Shown: positions 33,443 through 45,383 of the stretch, piece by piece | Layout of the letters: every line of letters begins with the position of its first letter | Position numbering within the stretch: the first letter of the stretch is position 1 | IMG/VR virus record: IMGVR_UViG_3300025015_000010 | Span: 104,735-168,734 of that record | Strand: one strand, 5' to 3' | From: a virus | DNA: 64,000 bases | Made by a program: the position numbers and the translations under genes | Notes under the pieces: model-generated | What the model was told of the DNA's origin: nothing | Seen by the model: only the letters and a program-made list of their open reading frames with translations | The model's database searches: none

Positions 33443-33888
33443 AAAAAATTCTTTACATCGACATGGATGGTGTACTGGCTGACTGGAATACTGCTATAAA
33501 GGCACTTCCACAGGAAACTCGTGATCGATATGCTGGTAAAATAGACGAACTTCACGGCCTGTTTGGTACACTGAAGCCTTTACCTGGAGCTATCGAGGCT
33601 TTTGAGTTGCTAGCCAGTGCCTTTGATGTCTACATCTTATCTACGCCGTCCTGGAATAATCCGAGTTCGTGGTCGGATAAACTACTGTGGGTTCAACAGT
33701 ATCTAGGTAAAAATGCCGAAAAGCGGCTAATTTTATCGCATCGCAAAGACTTAAATCTTGGTGCCTTTTTGATCGATGATCGCTTAAAAAATGGCGCGGA
33801 CAAATTTACAGGTGAGCATATTCATTTCGGCACAGCTAAGTTCCCAGGCTGGCCGAGTGTGATTAACTATTTGCTGGAACGAGCATAG
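33439..33888 (+). CDS. 5'(3')-deoxyribonucleotidase (HAD)
   Basis: YIDMDGVLAD, PLPGAIE, K..W, LIDD. Confidence 0.9.
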   Translation: MKKILYIDMDGVLADWNTAIKALPQETRDRYAGKIDELHGLFGTLKPLPGAIEAFELLASAFDVYILSTPSWNNPSSWSDKLLWVQQYLGKNAEKRLILSHRKDLNLGAFLIDDRLKNGADKFTGEHIHFGTAKFPGWPSVINYLLERA

Positions 33889-34340
33889 TGGAACCAATTG
33901 GACATCAGATACTGGCAGTTTTGTACAATCATAGGATGAAAGATCCCAATGACATTAGTAACCCGGCTATGCCAGTGGAGGATCTATCCGAGCGAGTATC
34001 TAGATTTTTTACATCAGATTTAAATGCCTTAGTTGAACAAAATTTAGTTGAGTTTTGCGGCGGCGTTAGAATTACAGGTCTTGGCTGTGTATACTACTTG
34101 AATGGATTCAAATCATGAACAACGACGAAATAGTGGCCTGTGTCAATGCCTGGCAGAACAATCCACACGTGCATCCACTGACTTGCGGCACCGATTCAAA
34201 TCATGTAGCATTGGTTCCAGAAATTCGAGATAACAACGTGATTCTGAAGTGCATAGATTGTTCGTTTGAGCAGTTGTGGATACCAGACTGTATCAAGCAA
34301 GAATTTGATTTTGATCTTTTTTGGCAGCAGTTTGAATTCG

Positions 34341-34955
34341 ATGAGTGACGGGACACCGACTCAGTACTATGATCGTTTTGTACTGAGGCCAGATTTTGGC
34401 ATGTTGGAGATCGATTTTTTCTATAATGCCGTAGGAATGGCAGGTTCAACATATGCCGTCACAAATTTGTTACGAAGCAGGCAATTGGAGTCAAATTTTA
34501 TAGTCGATGGCATAGTATTACACTGTAATGACGAGTCCGTATGGTATGATTCTTGGTTTGATCTTTGTGTTAGAGATCGTCCTGTAGTTCGAGTTAACAC
34601 ACGAGTTAGCAGAATGACAGGGCGGGCGGACATTATGTATGATGATCGAGTCGTGATTAACGCAAACGACACTTTTAGAGCCACGCTACGCTGGGCTAGT
34701 CCGAAAAGATCGATGAAGGAAGTTACTATTACAGCAGTAATCATAGGCAGGTCTTATTCAACAGACAAGTACCAGCCAAATGTCCTTAAGCCCGGAGTAT
34801 TTGCTAGAGTTTTGATTGGCAGTGAGGTCGCTGACGCTGATTATTTGACTATGCAAAGTGGTGCTGGCCGGGTTCAGCAGGTAGACGTCGGAGTACGTAA
34901 GTCGTCTCAGACAGTAGTTTCAGGTCCATCACGCAAATTTAACTTCGAGGAGTAG
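34341..34955 (+). CDS. Hypothetical beta-rich protein
   Basis: ATG overlapping the upstream stop; YYD...FF...TNL pattern; ends RKFNFEE. Confidence 0.6.
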   Translation: MSDGTPTQYYDRFVLRPDFGMLEIDFFYNAVGMAGSTYAVTNLLRSRQLESNFIVDGIVLHCNDESVWYDSWFDLCVRDRPVVRVNTRVSRMTGRADIMYDDRVVINANDTFRATLRWASPKRSMKEVTITAVIIGRSYSTDKYQPNVLKPGVFARVLIGSEVADADYLTMQSGAGRVQQVDVGVRKSSQTVVSGPSRKFNFEE

Positions 34956-35765
34956 ATGAAACCAGTTATCTTATTTCGTAAGGATCAAGACAGCGAGGAA
35001 GAATGTAAAATAGCCAGGAAGTATTTCGATGTTTATACCCAGCGCTGTGCCATTCCAGTAAATAGACTGGTTATACCTAGGTACTCTGCGCTGCCATTTC
35101 ATCAAGAGCTAGAAAATGACCTACTTATTGGATCTTCTAGGCTAATTAACACAACCGAGCAGCACAACTGGATTGCTGATTTTGATTATTACGAGGACTT
35201 GAAGCAATTCACACCCGAGTCTTGGAATGATAATAATTTCTATCTATGTCGGTACCCAGGCCCGTTTGTAGTCAAAGGCAAGACCAACTCTAGGAAGTTT
35301 CAGTGGAATACAAAAATGTTTGCTCCGACCAAGGCAGATGCCATGCGCATAGCTGGCGATTTGTTAAGTGACGGTCAAATCTGTGATCAAGGTATCATAT
35401 ATCGTAAGTTTGAGCCACTAAATGTACTAGAAGTTGGTATCAATGATTTGCCATTTTCTAATGAGTGGCGGTTCTTTTTCTATAAGAATGTGTTACTGTC
35501 TAGTGGCTACTACTGGTCTTTAGCTGAGCATATCCCAAAAAGCCCGGACAAAGCCTGTGTTGCATTTGCTCAGCAAGTAGCTAGCGTGGCCAAGGATCAT
35601 GTAAACTTCTTTGTGCTAGATATTGCCGAGACTTTAGACGGTCGATGGATTTTGATCGAAGTTAATGACGGAACGATGTCAGGGCTGTCTGAGAACGATC
35701 CTGATGAGTTATATGGCAGCCTGAGAACGGCGTTGGAGTACGAGGTAATCAGTGACCGCCCCTAA
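34956..35765 (+). CDS. ATP-grasp (R2K/DUF4343-like) protein
   Basis: FVVKGKTNSRK, NEWRFF, FFVLDIA, LIEVNDG.MSG. Confidence 0.8.
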   Translation: MKPVILFRKDQDSEEECKIARKYFDVYTQRCAIPVNRLVIPRYSALPFHQELENDLLIGSSRLINTTEQHNWIADFDYYEDLKQFTPESWNDNNFYLCRYPGPFVVKGKTNSRKFQWNTKMFAPTKADAMRIAGDLLSDGQICDQGIIYRKFEPLNVLEVGINDLPFSNEWRFFFYKNVLLSSGYYWSLAEHIPKSPDKACVAFAQQVASVAKDHVNFFVLDIAETLDGRWILIEVNDGTMSGLSENDPDELYGSLRTALEYEVISDRP

Positions 35766-36766
35766 ACCCATCACATTTTCAACTGACTGGTTGGTACGTA
35801 CGCAGAGATTAGTTCCTCTAGATACATACCTAGAACAGCAGTCAACTTATATTGGTGCATCAGGTACTGAAGCCTATTATGATACCCTGAACAGTGGCGG
35901 TTCGGAGAAGGAAGCACAGAAAAATGCCAAGGCCGTTAGAGAGGTAAGAACAAAGAGTGCAGTCGCAGATTGGCTAGATTCTGTAAAGATAGACATAGAG
36001 TCTGTTTACTCTAGATATGGGATTAGAGTCGATTATATTGATAGGTATGCTACACGAGTGCTCCCAGTAACTACTTGGGTTGACGCCGCTGATTTAGTTA
36101 GATTGGCTGAAGCAGAGACAGGCAGCACGTTGATGGCATTGGACGAGTATATTGAGTATCACGGTACCGCACGTAAAGCTGTGCAGAATTGGCTACGATC
36201 ACTGTGAGTCATCCAAAATTTTGCGTCTCAAACAGTTTCTTTGATAAATACATGTGTGGGCAGTGCTCAGCGTTTGCATTAGCTCTGCACGAGGTTTACG
36301 GGTTACAAATCGAAACGATTTTTGATCCTTACAGTGAAACAGGCCACTTTTACGTGCTTGTCGATGCCGAGCACGTTTTAGACTGTCGCGGTTTGATGCC
36401 CAAGAGTGACATTATCAAGGATTTTGGTTCATCTGAGGCGGTGTTTACGAGATTCAAGACCTACGCCGAGGCCGAAAATGAGGCCATGAGTTGGCTAGCT
36501 TCGAGGCTGGATTTTACGTCGGCTCAGCAGGCTGTAACACAGGCTAAACAGATAGTGCAGAATAATCTCTGGCTTTACTCGCCAAAACCAGAAATCACAG
36601 GATGTGACTTCAAGGCACTATTTGATATTTCTGACTCAGGGTATGCACACGATTTTAGCCAAGAAGAAGTTGATAGTTTAGTACAGAGAAAGTACGTTAA
36701 GTATCGGCGATCAGGTAAATTAGTACTTCAGGTCAGGGGAAAAGAAGTACTACAGAAATTTAAGGC

Positions 36767-36795
36767 TTGACTTCAGATGCCGAGAAATGTATAAT
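36767..36795 (+). promoter_or_regulatory. sigma70-like promoter
   Basis: TTGACT-N17-TATAAT. Confidence 0.8.
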
Positions 36796-36801
36796 GTTCA
36801 C

Positions 36802-36949
36802 ATGTACGGTCTAGTGTAGTGAGGAAACTCATACCTGAGCGTCTGGTGTCAGAACGGGATTCGGCTCCACCCCGAAGACAAGTGATCCTGAGGCCGCGAA
36901 AGTCGCCCAAGAGCAAGTATCAGGTACTTCTGGCTGCTAGACTGTGCAT
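36802..36949 (+). ncRNA. Candidate 148-nt structured RNA
   Basis: Begins 7 nt after the -10 box; 13-bp closing stem atgtacggtctag/ctagactgtgcat with G-U pairs; GAG-GAAA-CTC hairpin; tacctga/tcaggta stem. Confidence 0.6.
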
Positions 36950-39900
36950 TTAGCTCTAGGCAGAAAAGAGGATAAAAAATGGAATTCTTCGCTAGCTTGT
37001 CTTGGCCAGGTGCAGTGGCATTTTCGTGTATGTGTTTTGCAATCGCGTGGGTGCTGATTAAGTTTTTTGATTAGAAAGGATTAGATGATGAGCGAAGCTA
37101 TGGATGCAATTCCTCAGTGGGTCGAAGCCTTAGAAAAGTTAGGGCTGCCAGTAGAAGCTAATATGGCTGATCTATTGAACAGAGCCATTATAGCCAACGG
37201 AGATGACTTAGCTTTCCTTAGGTTATTATCTACTTGGTCAGTGGCTCGGCGAGCCATGCGGGCGGCTGAATGGTATAGAAAGGCTGTAATCGTACCTGTG
37301 GCCGATCCGGGCGAAGTTAGTACGGTCAACCAGGAGCAAATTTATGCAGAAGCCTAGAGAGTTAACCACAGACGAGGTTCGCGATAATTTGCTTCGTCAG
37401 GTCTGGAGATTGATAGATTACTGGGATAGGAACGCACCCAAGCGAGACACTTATGGTAAATTGTCCGGACTGGCATTTTCTATTTTGGCCATGCTGGACG
37501 GCGCGGAGATTGATATACCACTTTTTATCGTCGCACCACGTCCTCACGAAGCAGACCAGTCTTATCATGAGCAGCGCGAAGAGAATTGGTATCCATATAA
37601 CGACCCTAGCAGCGTGAAAGGCGATGTGGCGGGTAGTTTGCATGAGTTGTTCCATAAGTTTAATCCTAGAAAGGATGGTTAATTATGAGCACTCGCATGT
37701 TGGCAGATTTTATTGCCGATACTGGTAATTCGCACAGTAGTGATTTAAGTTTGATCGCAAATCAGTTGGACACATGGGCGACTGATTCAAAGGTTGGTGG
37801 GTGGTCTACGCATCAAGTTGAGCCTATGCGAAAGTTGGCGGACAGTTTGCGTAGAAAAGCCAGCCAACTGTGAATAACGCCCTCAAAATCAGAGCATTGA
37901 CTAGAAACCTAGATACTCTAGGTGCAGCTTATTTGCCACACGATAAGTCTGCGGACTATCTTGACATCGTGGCCCACATGACAAAATATTGTAGTAAATA
38001 TAGCCTAGGCCTAGCTCATTATGATAATTGGCGCGGATCTGGGTATGTTTTCTTTGATATCAATAAAGTCGGTATTGTATGATTAAAATTCCAGCATCTG
38101 ATAAACAGTATGTAGAAGACATTATCGAGAGCGTAACATCTGAAGCTAGGAGTTGGACACTACATTTTGGCTGGTGTCTGTGGGTACAAAAGAATGACGA
38201 TTTGCCAGATTTCGAGCCTAAGGCTGGGGATACGTTACGCTGCTACGGCAAGGGCCTAGGATTCTCTGTTCGCGGCATAGAAATCTTGCAAGGTGGTAAG
38301 TCTTATGTGCTGAGATATCAGACTGAAGCTGAAGCAGAGGCCACACCGGGACGATGGTTGGCTGAAGCCAATATTAGTAATGATCCAAAAACATTGTTCT
38401 CAGTGGATTCAACATCCGAACATGTATGTGAGCAATGCGGATGCGGATCTAACGGTTCTGTAATTTCAGACTCTTTCAGGACAAAAGCAGACGCAGATCT
38501 GGTCGTTTTTCTTCACAATAATGCTCTTGAGTTGTTTGATGGCGAGGAGTCGCCTGTGGAACATGGTACTATACTGGCAGATCGTTCAGCGGTAGAGGTC
38601 ATGAACGGACACTGTCCAGACTGCGGCGAAAATGTGTACCATTATGGAAATGGACGCAGATGTAGGGCGTGTTTAACCGTATACACCCCGTCTATACACT
38701 TGGGCGAACTCGTGATGTTAACTTCCGGAAGACAGATCAGTCCTTAGAAATGATATTGTTTAAATTGTGTTTAGTTACGATGCTTGGCTGCTCGCTCCAG
38801 GCTCAGGTCTACACGCCCCAAAACAACAGACATATTCTTTGGAAAATTCTTGAGAACCGTATTCGTGTAGACGGTTTAAGGCTGCTCCAACGGCAAACAC
38901 AGTTTGACTATGGACATAGCTTGTACGAGCCGATGTTACCAGAGGTCAGAATTTTGCCAACTAGCAGGTTTGGTGGCAGGCTAAGTACCTTGAATAGGCC
39001 GTCAGACATGCTAATTGACAATAGGTTTTTGACTATTGACGACGCCCTGAAAATTAGAGTGAGCCTTCATGATATTTTAAGGATTACTTCGGATAGTCCC
39101 GATCAGGAACGAAATTCCGGCCAAAAACACGAGCCTTGGTGGAAGAAAATCAAAGTAGACACGAGCACAGATATGAAGTTAAGTACAGACATGGTTAGAA
39201 GTTACAAGCTAAGATTTCGGTATTTATTTGGGCCTAGCGAGCTATATCTAGGTTTTAATTATTTTCCCGTTCGGGACAACGAGGTAGTAGCTGGATTTTC
39301 ATTGACTTTCTAGTTTGGTATGTTATGATGTGGGTGTCTTAAAAACCGTTAAGCCCTTAGAAAGGACATGGCACATGGAACCGCACATGAGACGTAGAAT
39401 GGTCCAGGAACTTAGTCGAAGCCTTGATCGTCCTGTTAGCTCAGACGGAGATCAGGAGTGGGTCGAACCGAGATTGGCTAAGGACGAGGTAGAGTATCTT
39501 ATTGGAATGTTGCAAAGTACAGACGTAAAATTCATGCATGAAGATATTTTGGGTCGATTGTTCTTTGTGTAGGCCCTAGGATTATGCACGGATGGTTTGG
39601 AGGATAGTCATGTCTCGGATGAAGAAGTTTGCCGCTTTGATCAAGTTTAGTCACGAGTCTTCTCGTGGGTACGATCATTACGAGATTTTCGACTATGATA
39701 TTGTTGCCCAAAATTTGGAGTCGGCCACAAATAAGGCTAGTCTCATCAAGTGTATAGGTCGCCAGTTTGACAGCATTGTTGAAATAAAGGAAGTTTGATT
39801 ATGGAACATACAATTAGTAGCATCGATTTTCGTAAGTGGACCCGACAAGAGGTTATTGCGATTCTCAGGACAGCCAAGGATCGTAGGTATGATCCGCTTG

Positions 39901-41816
39901 TTCAATGGATAGCCGAGTCCGTCGAGTATGATAACATGTCTTATGCCATTCGGTGTGATATTGCCAAGTCAGAAACTAGAGTAAAGGTGTTAAGCAATGG
40001 CTAAGTCCAAGGTATCGAATTGTTGTTTTGAACTGCGACTGGGCTCTGATGAGTCTATGTCAAATGCCTGCTTGTTGATTAACAATCCAGCCTATGTAGA
40101 TAGCATCGAGGATGCCCTGGCTCATTTCGGTAATTGTCTCAAGACCGTGATTGAGCATGACGGTTTCTCTGGTAAAGATTGCTGTGGCGAAATAAAAAAG
40201 CGGGTTAAGGATAATTTCTGTTCGGTATGTGGGCGCAGATTTGAGTCCATGGACGTTTTTGATCAAGTTTGCAAACTAGTTCAATCTTTGTTTACATCTT
40301 CCAGCGTAGATTTAGGCCCCAACTGGGAGATTGTTATGCATAACGGCTGGGATGTTGGGGCACGGAATGTTTCTGGGAAAGACTGGGAAAATCGTAGAAT
40401 TGTTAGCAATGCCGATTTAGTGATAGCTTCGATTCTTGCAGATAGGCTGGATATCAAGGTAGACGATGTTGATTACCTGGATTCGGACATGAGAAAAGGA
40501 TGTATCGAGAGGGCTGGAGCGTGATGGAAACTCAAACGACTTATGCAGAGGTAACTAGGGATTATCCGAAGGCCGTGGACGCTATCATGGCCAAACTGCG
40601 TAGTGGCACATCAAAGGAGAAGTCTGCTAGTCCGGAAGACCTAGAATGGTCTTATAGTTACGGGATCGCAGTACAGTCGCAGTCATTTCAAGATATGTTG
40701 TCAAATATAGGTAAGCCTAGAGCACCGAAGAAGGTCACGCCCGAAGAGGCCGTAGACGCTATGGGCTTTGTTGTGTCGTTGCGAGGTAAGATTCGTCGTT
40801 GGTGGGCCTGGGAGGTGGTTACAGGTGTTCCTAAGGTCATTAGAGATTATCAGATTGGATTAGAGCGTAAGGCTAGAACAAAGCAAGCAACTTTTGATGC
40901 ATTGCCAGACAGCGAAAAGCAGAAACAAACCGACGACGTTATCAGTAAGCTTTTTGGCATGGGCGGATTTGCCGCTTTTAATATTGCTCCTGTGCCGTCT
41001 GTTAAGCAAAAATTAACTATCACGGTTCAGCCTAAGTTCAAGAAGAAATTTGATTTCGATGAGTAGTTAAATACAAAAGGAAGTGGTTATGCTAGTCCAG
41101 TCTCTGCGAGCCACCCAATTCGGAATTAGACTGGCAGCTTACATCGTCAGAGGCTAGGATAGCTGAAATGCTATTAGATACTACACGAAAATCGGAGGCT
41201 CGGTGTGCTGGAATGCGCATCTCGTGAAAAAGTCTTGCATATCGCAGCGGCGCTATGGAACTTCGAGCCCCCCCCTGTTAAAATGAGAACTTACTGGTGC
41301 GGAGAGGGTGTGTTTGATGAGCGATTTTGTACCAACCGAAGAATATAAGTCTCTTGTTAAGCAGATACTTGATGTCAAAAAAACACTGATTTGGACGTCA
41401 ATATTGGTGTATAGTTCTATCGCCAGCATGTTCGTATTTATGGCCTGGAGTAGGATTCAATGTCAGTGACCCACTGGAATTATCGTGTTATTAAGCGTAT
41501 CTACGATACAGGCGAAGCTTACGATATAGGTGAAGCTTACTACACAATTTGCGAAGTGTTCTACGACGAGGGCGGTAGTGTAAACCTGTATTCAGGACCG
41601 AAAAGCCCTCGTGGCGAGACACTCGATGATCTCAAAGAAAATCTATCATTTATGCAGATAGCTCTGAATAAACCTGTGTTAGATGAAAAGGACTTGACGG
41701 CATCCGATGAAAAGACAGCCTAAAGATATCTGGTCAGAAATCAAGTGGTATTACGGTAAGCGCATAGCGCTAGCCGTCTTGGTTATTTTTGCACTTGGAT
41801 TTATGGCAGGTAAAGC

Positions 41817-42236
41817 ATGCCAGTAATCTCATCAGGTGCGGTTGTAGTGTCTATATTTGAAGATAGCACGAAGGTGCTACTAGTGCATCCGTCTGGACAA
41901 AAACTGGCTAATGGTTCTTGGAGTATTCCTAAAGGTGAAGTTGAGTTAGCTGAAGACTATACGGTCACAGCGTTACGAGAAGTTAAAGAAGAGACTGGCC
42001 TAGACGTAAGTATAGTCTGCCCATTAGGTTCGATTACATACAAGAGTGGCAGAAAGATTGTGTTCGGTTTTTTGGCAACACCGATAGGCATAGTGAGTCA
42101 GGTAATGGAACCCCATTCTTGGGAAGTAGATCGTGTAGAATTTTTTTCAGTAGCCGAGGTCAAAAATCTAGTTCATAGGGATCAAGTCGGGTTGATAGAG
42201 CGAGCCTTGAAAAGCATAGGTAAAGCATGCCAGTAA
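41817..42236 (+). CDS. NUDIX hydrolase
   Basis: LLVHP, WSIPKGEVE..E....TALREVKEETG Nudix box. Confidence 0.9.
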   Translation: MPVISSGAVVVSIFEDSTKVLLVHPSGQKLANGSWSIPKGEVELAEDYTVTALREVKEETGLDVSIVCPLGSITYKSGRKIVFGFLATPIGIVSQVMEPHSWEVDRVEFFSVAEVKNLVHRDQVGLIERALKSIGKACQ

Positions 42237-43696
42237 ATTATACTATTCACACCGGCCATGTCCTGGATCAGATAAAGAAGTTAGCTTCTAGCAGTGTTCA
42301 TTGCGTTGTGACGAGTCCGCCCTATTGGGGTCTTAGAGATTACAAGACTGCACCCACAGTTTGGGACGGAAACATTCAATGCTCTCATCAATGGACTGAG
42401 TCACGTCCAGGCAGACGAGCCAATACAGATGCTGGTCTGGCCTTAACAGGCACAGGTAGTCAGGAATCTAGGCTACAGGGTTTGTGCGAAGCCGGAAGCG
42501 GTACTTCGAGTGCAGGCCAGTTTTGTTCTCTGTGCAGCGCCTGGCTAGGCAGTTTGGGCCAGGAACCGACACCGCAGTTGTATGTGCAGCATCTTGTTCA
42601 AGCATTCAAAGAAGTAAAGCGAGTACTCAGGGATGATGGCACTTTGTGGCTTAATTTGGGAGATACATTTTCTGTAGGACCATCAGGTAGGCGCGATCAT
42701 GGCGTTGAAGGCAGTGGGTCAAAATTAGGCCCTAGCCATGACGGTATTAAAGGCGGATCTGTTATTCAAGCTACAGGGAATAGGCGCTGTCCTGAAGGAC
42801 TGAAACCAAAAGACCTGTGTGGCATTCCATGGCACGTAGCTTTTGCACTCCAAGAAGACGGCTGGTATCTTCGCTCGGATATTATCTGGGCCAAAGGTGT
42901 ATCTGGTCAAAAGATTGTCGAGGCACAAGTATTAAAGGCGTTGCAAAATAATAGCATACCCGATGTCGTAATTGAGAATGTACTAAGAGATTTAGGATTG
43001 TATTCGGGTAATCCTATGCCTGAGTCTGTAACAGATCGGCCGACCAGGTCACACGAGTATGTGTTTTTGTTGGCCAAATCAAAAAAATATTTTTATGACC
43101 ACGAGGCAATCAAAGAGCCCACGGTTAGCGATCATAATAGTGGTAACGGCTTTAATCGCGAGGCAGGAGAATCTTATAAAAATACTGACGGTACTTTTAG
43201 AGGCAATAATAAACAGTGGGACGCTATTGGTACAACTCGAAATATACGGGATGTATGGGCATTAGTCACAAAGCCGCTAAAGCTGGCTCATTATGCCGCC
43301 TATCCCGTGGACCTGGTTGAGCCCTGTGTCCTGGCCGGAACCAGCGAGCACGGATGTTGTTCTGTCTGCGGTTCGCCCTATAAGCGCATACTAGAAAAGA
43401 CTGAAGCAGCAAATCCAGGCTATAATGGCTCAAAGTTTGATTCAGGTAAAACAGGCAGTCGGGATCGGGGTGAGCGTACTCAGCACGGTGACAGATTTGT
43501 TAAGACGACCGCTGGATGGCAAGTTACCTGTGGCTGCACAGGGGCGGACATAAGTCCCTGTACAGTTTTAGACCCATTTTGTGGAAGTGGTACGACTGGT
43601 ATAGTCACTTTGAAACATGGCAGAAAATTTATTGGTATAGAATTGAATCCAGAATATACTGAGATGGCCAAAATGAGAATCGAGTCAGGCAAATGA
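42227..43696 (+). CDS. DNA methyltransferase (N4-C/N6-A, beta class) with Cys-containing insertions
   Basis: VTSPPYW, LRDDGTLWLNLGD, LRSDIIW, PESVTDRPT.SHEY, VLDPFCGSGTTG, GIELN. Confidence 0.9.
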   Translation: MPVNYTIHTGHVLDQIKKLASSSVHCVVTSPPYWGLRDYKTAPTVWDGNIQCSHQWTESRPGRRANTDAGLALTGTGSQESRLQGLCEAGSGTSSAGQFCSLCSAWLGSLGQEPTPQLYVQHLVQAFKEVKRVLRDDGTLWLNLGDTFSVGPSGRRDHGVEGSGSKLGPSHDGIKGGSVIQATGNRRCPEGLKPKDLCGIPWHVAFALQEDGWYLRSDIIWAKGVSGQKIVEAQVLKALQNNSIPDVVIENVLRDLGLYSGNPMPESVTDRPTRSHEYVFLLAKSKKYFYDHEAIKEPTVSDHNSGNGFNREAGESYKNTDGTFRGNNKQWDAIGTTRNIRDVWALVTKPLKLAHYAAYPVDLVEPCVLAGTSEHGCCSVCGSPYKRILEKTEAANPGYNGSKFDSGKTGSRDRGERTQHGDRFVKTTAGWQVTCGCTGADISPCTVLDPFCGSGTTGIVTLKHGRKFIGIELNPEYTEMAKMRIESGK

Positions 43697-44558
43697 TAGC
43701 CGCGTTTCATCTTGAAAAGGACTCGTACTTGTCCGTTTCTGTACTGGCTAAAAATCGTCGTGTTAAAGTAGTTGTATCCTCAGACGCAAGCGTGAATGTG
43801 GCTTTGTTTAGCACTAGTGCCTTTAATGACTACACTACTAAAGGCGAAGCCAACGCCGTGTGGTCTAGGAAGAACAGACATTTGATCGAAGATATAGTGA
43901 ATCTGCCAGCGCCTGGAGAATATGTTTTCGTTATTGAAAATTGTGGTTCTGATGCCCTTGGGGGCACCTGGGAAATATATGAGTAATAAATCTCCAGAAA
44001 AAATCGCTGTTCCAAGTTGGATCGCCGGGGCAGGTTTGTTTACAGGTTTTGTATTAGCCTATTTATCAAAATCGCCCAGAATGTTTGAAGAAGTCCACGC
44101 GGCGCTTAAAGAATTCCACTCTCCCAAGCCACCAGTAATAACAACTATTAGCTCGTCAGGCGAGCAAGTCACCCACGAAATTGTCATATTGGGATTGAAC
44201 GGCAAGCCATTCGGCGGACAGCCTAGCTAAAAAAGTGGTAGACTAGAAATAGTAGATTTTCTATTCTATCTGAGGCTGTTTATGGATCTGTCACCTAGAA
44301 TTCAAGAAGCTATAGGCAAACTATTTTCTAAGCTTGAAGGTAATACTTTCAAGTGTGGCGATAGTGTTGTCGTAGACGGCTGCTGGATCGAATCACATAC
44401 ATTAGGCTGTCGAAATGCAGCCGATGAGCCCAGAGATATTTGGGAAGAATCCCACGATAAAATATTGCAAGAATATCTAAATGATGGCAAATCTTATGTA
44501 GATTTAGACGAGTCTACTAGAATATTTGTTACAGTAACTCCAACAAGAAAAATCTTCT

Positions 44559-45008
44559 GTGAGTAAATGCCTGGCTATAGATTATTCTTTGTACCAAGGT
44601 ATTCCTAAGGAAATACGTAAAGAACTGTATGAGCTAGCCTTTCATGGGCAAGGAATGCTGCGCAGCTTTTTTCGAAAGCCTTATCTGGTTGACTGTGTGG
44701 TAGCCTGGCATAATGATAAGCCGATAGGTTGGTCTGCTGCCTCCTTAGAGCCGGTTGAACACACGTTCGGTGTTGTTAGACAGAGTGCTCATCTGTATAT
44801 CTATGTTGGTACTTACGTATTAAAAAAATACAGATCTGTTGGCATAGGTACAGAGTTGTTAAAAAGACTCAGTATACACTTGTGTGATTCGTATAAGTCC
44901 GGAGATATCTTTGCAACGCAAAAAGCACTGGATATAATATATCGAGCTAAGGGCAAGCGTAAAAGCTGTTTAGGCTATAATGTGCTGTGGGAAGATAATC
45001 ATGGGTAG
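44559..45008 (+). CDS. GNAT acetyltransferase-like
   Basis: YVLKKYRSVGIGTELL. Confidence 0.65.
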   Translation: MSKCLAIDYSLYQGIPKEIRKELYELAFHGQGMLRSFFRKPYLVDCVVAWHNDKPIGWSAASLEPVEHTFGVVRQSAHLYIYVGTYVLKKYRSVGIGTELLKRLSIHLCDSYKSGDIFATQKALDIIYRAKGKRKSCLGYNVLWEDNHG

Positions 45009-45383
45009 TTATTATTGTGACATTATATAATCATATTTTATCTCTTAGACCAAAGATAGTTGAAGCTGCTCAACGAGTCTACGATGAGTGGGATCAGGAT
45101 TCCGATGGCTTTGATCCAAACTTCGGTCAAGGCGGTATTTGTACCGACATAGCCCAGGAAATCGGCGGCATTCTGTCTGAAGCAGGCATAGATGTCACGG
45201 ATGGTGGCCAAGAAGGCATGGATCATGCCTGGGTGGTGGCTTATGATGCTAAAAGCGCCTATGATGTGGATATTCCGTGCCACATCTATGAGGACGGTTC
45301 GGGGTATACCTGGATGAAGATTTGGGGCGTTAAGTTCACAGTAGACGACGTAGTTATGTCTAAAATTAACAGGGCCGATTTAG

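Larger units (their letters stand above)
35752..41723 (+). other. Run of small hypothetical ORFs (35752-36207, 36189-36770, 37085-37357, 37344-37682, 37685-37873, 37870-38082, 38079-38747, ~38750-39313, 39997-40524, ~40524-41066, 41460-41723 and others)
   Basis: Co-oriented and translationally coupled; no confident family. Confidence 0.6.

Noticed and set aside
41501-41540. Short tandem duplications (YDTGEA/YDIGEA; also a 12-bp repeat near 28376-28401)
   Set aside because: Ordinary in-frame slippage duplications, not arrays.
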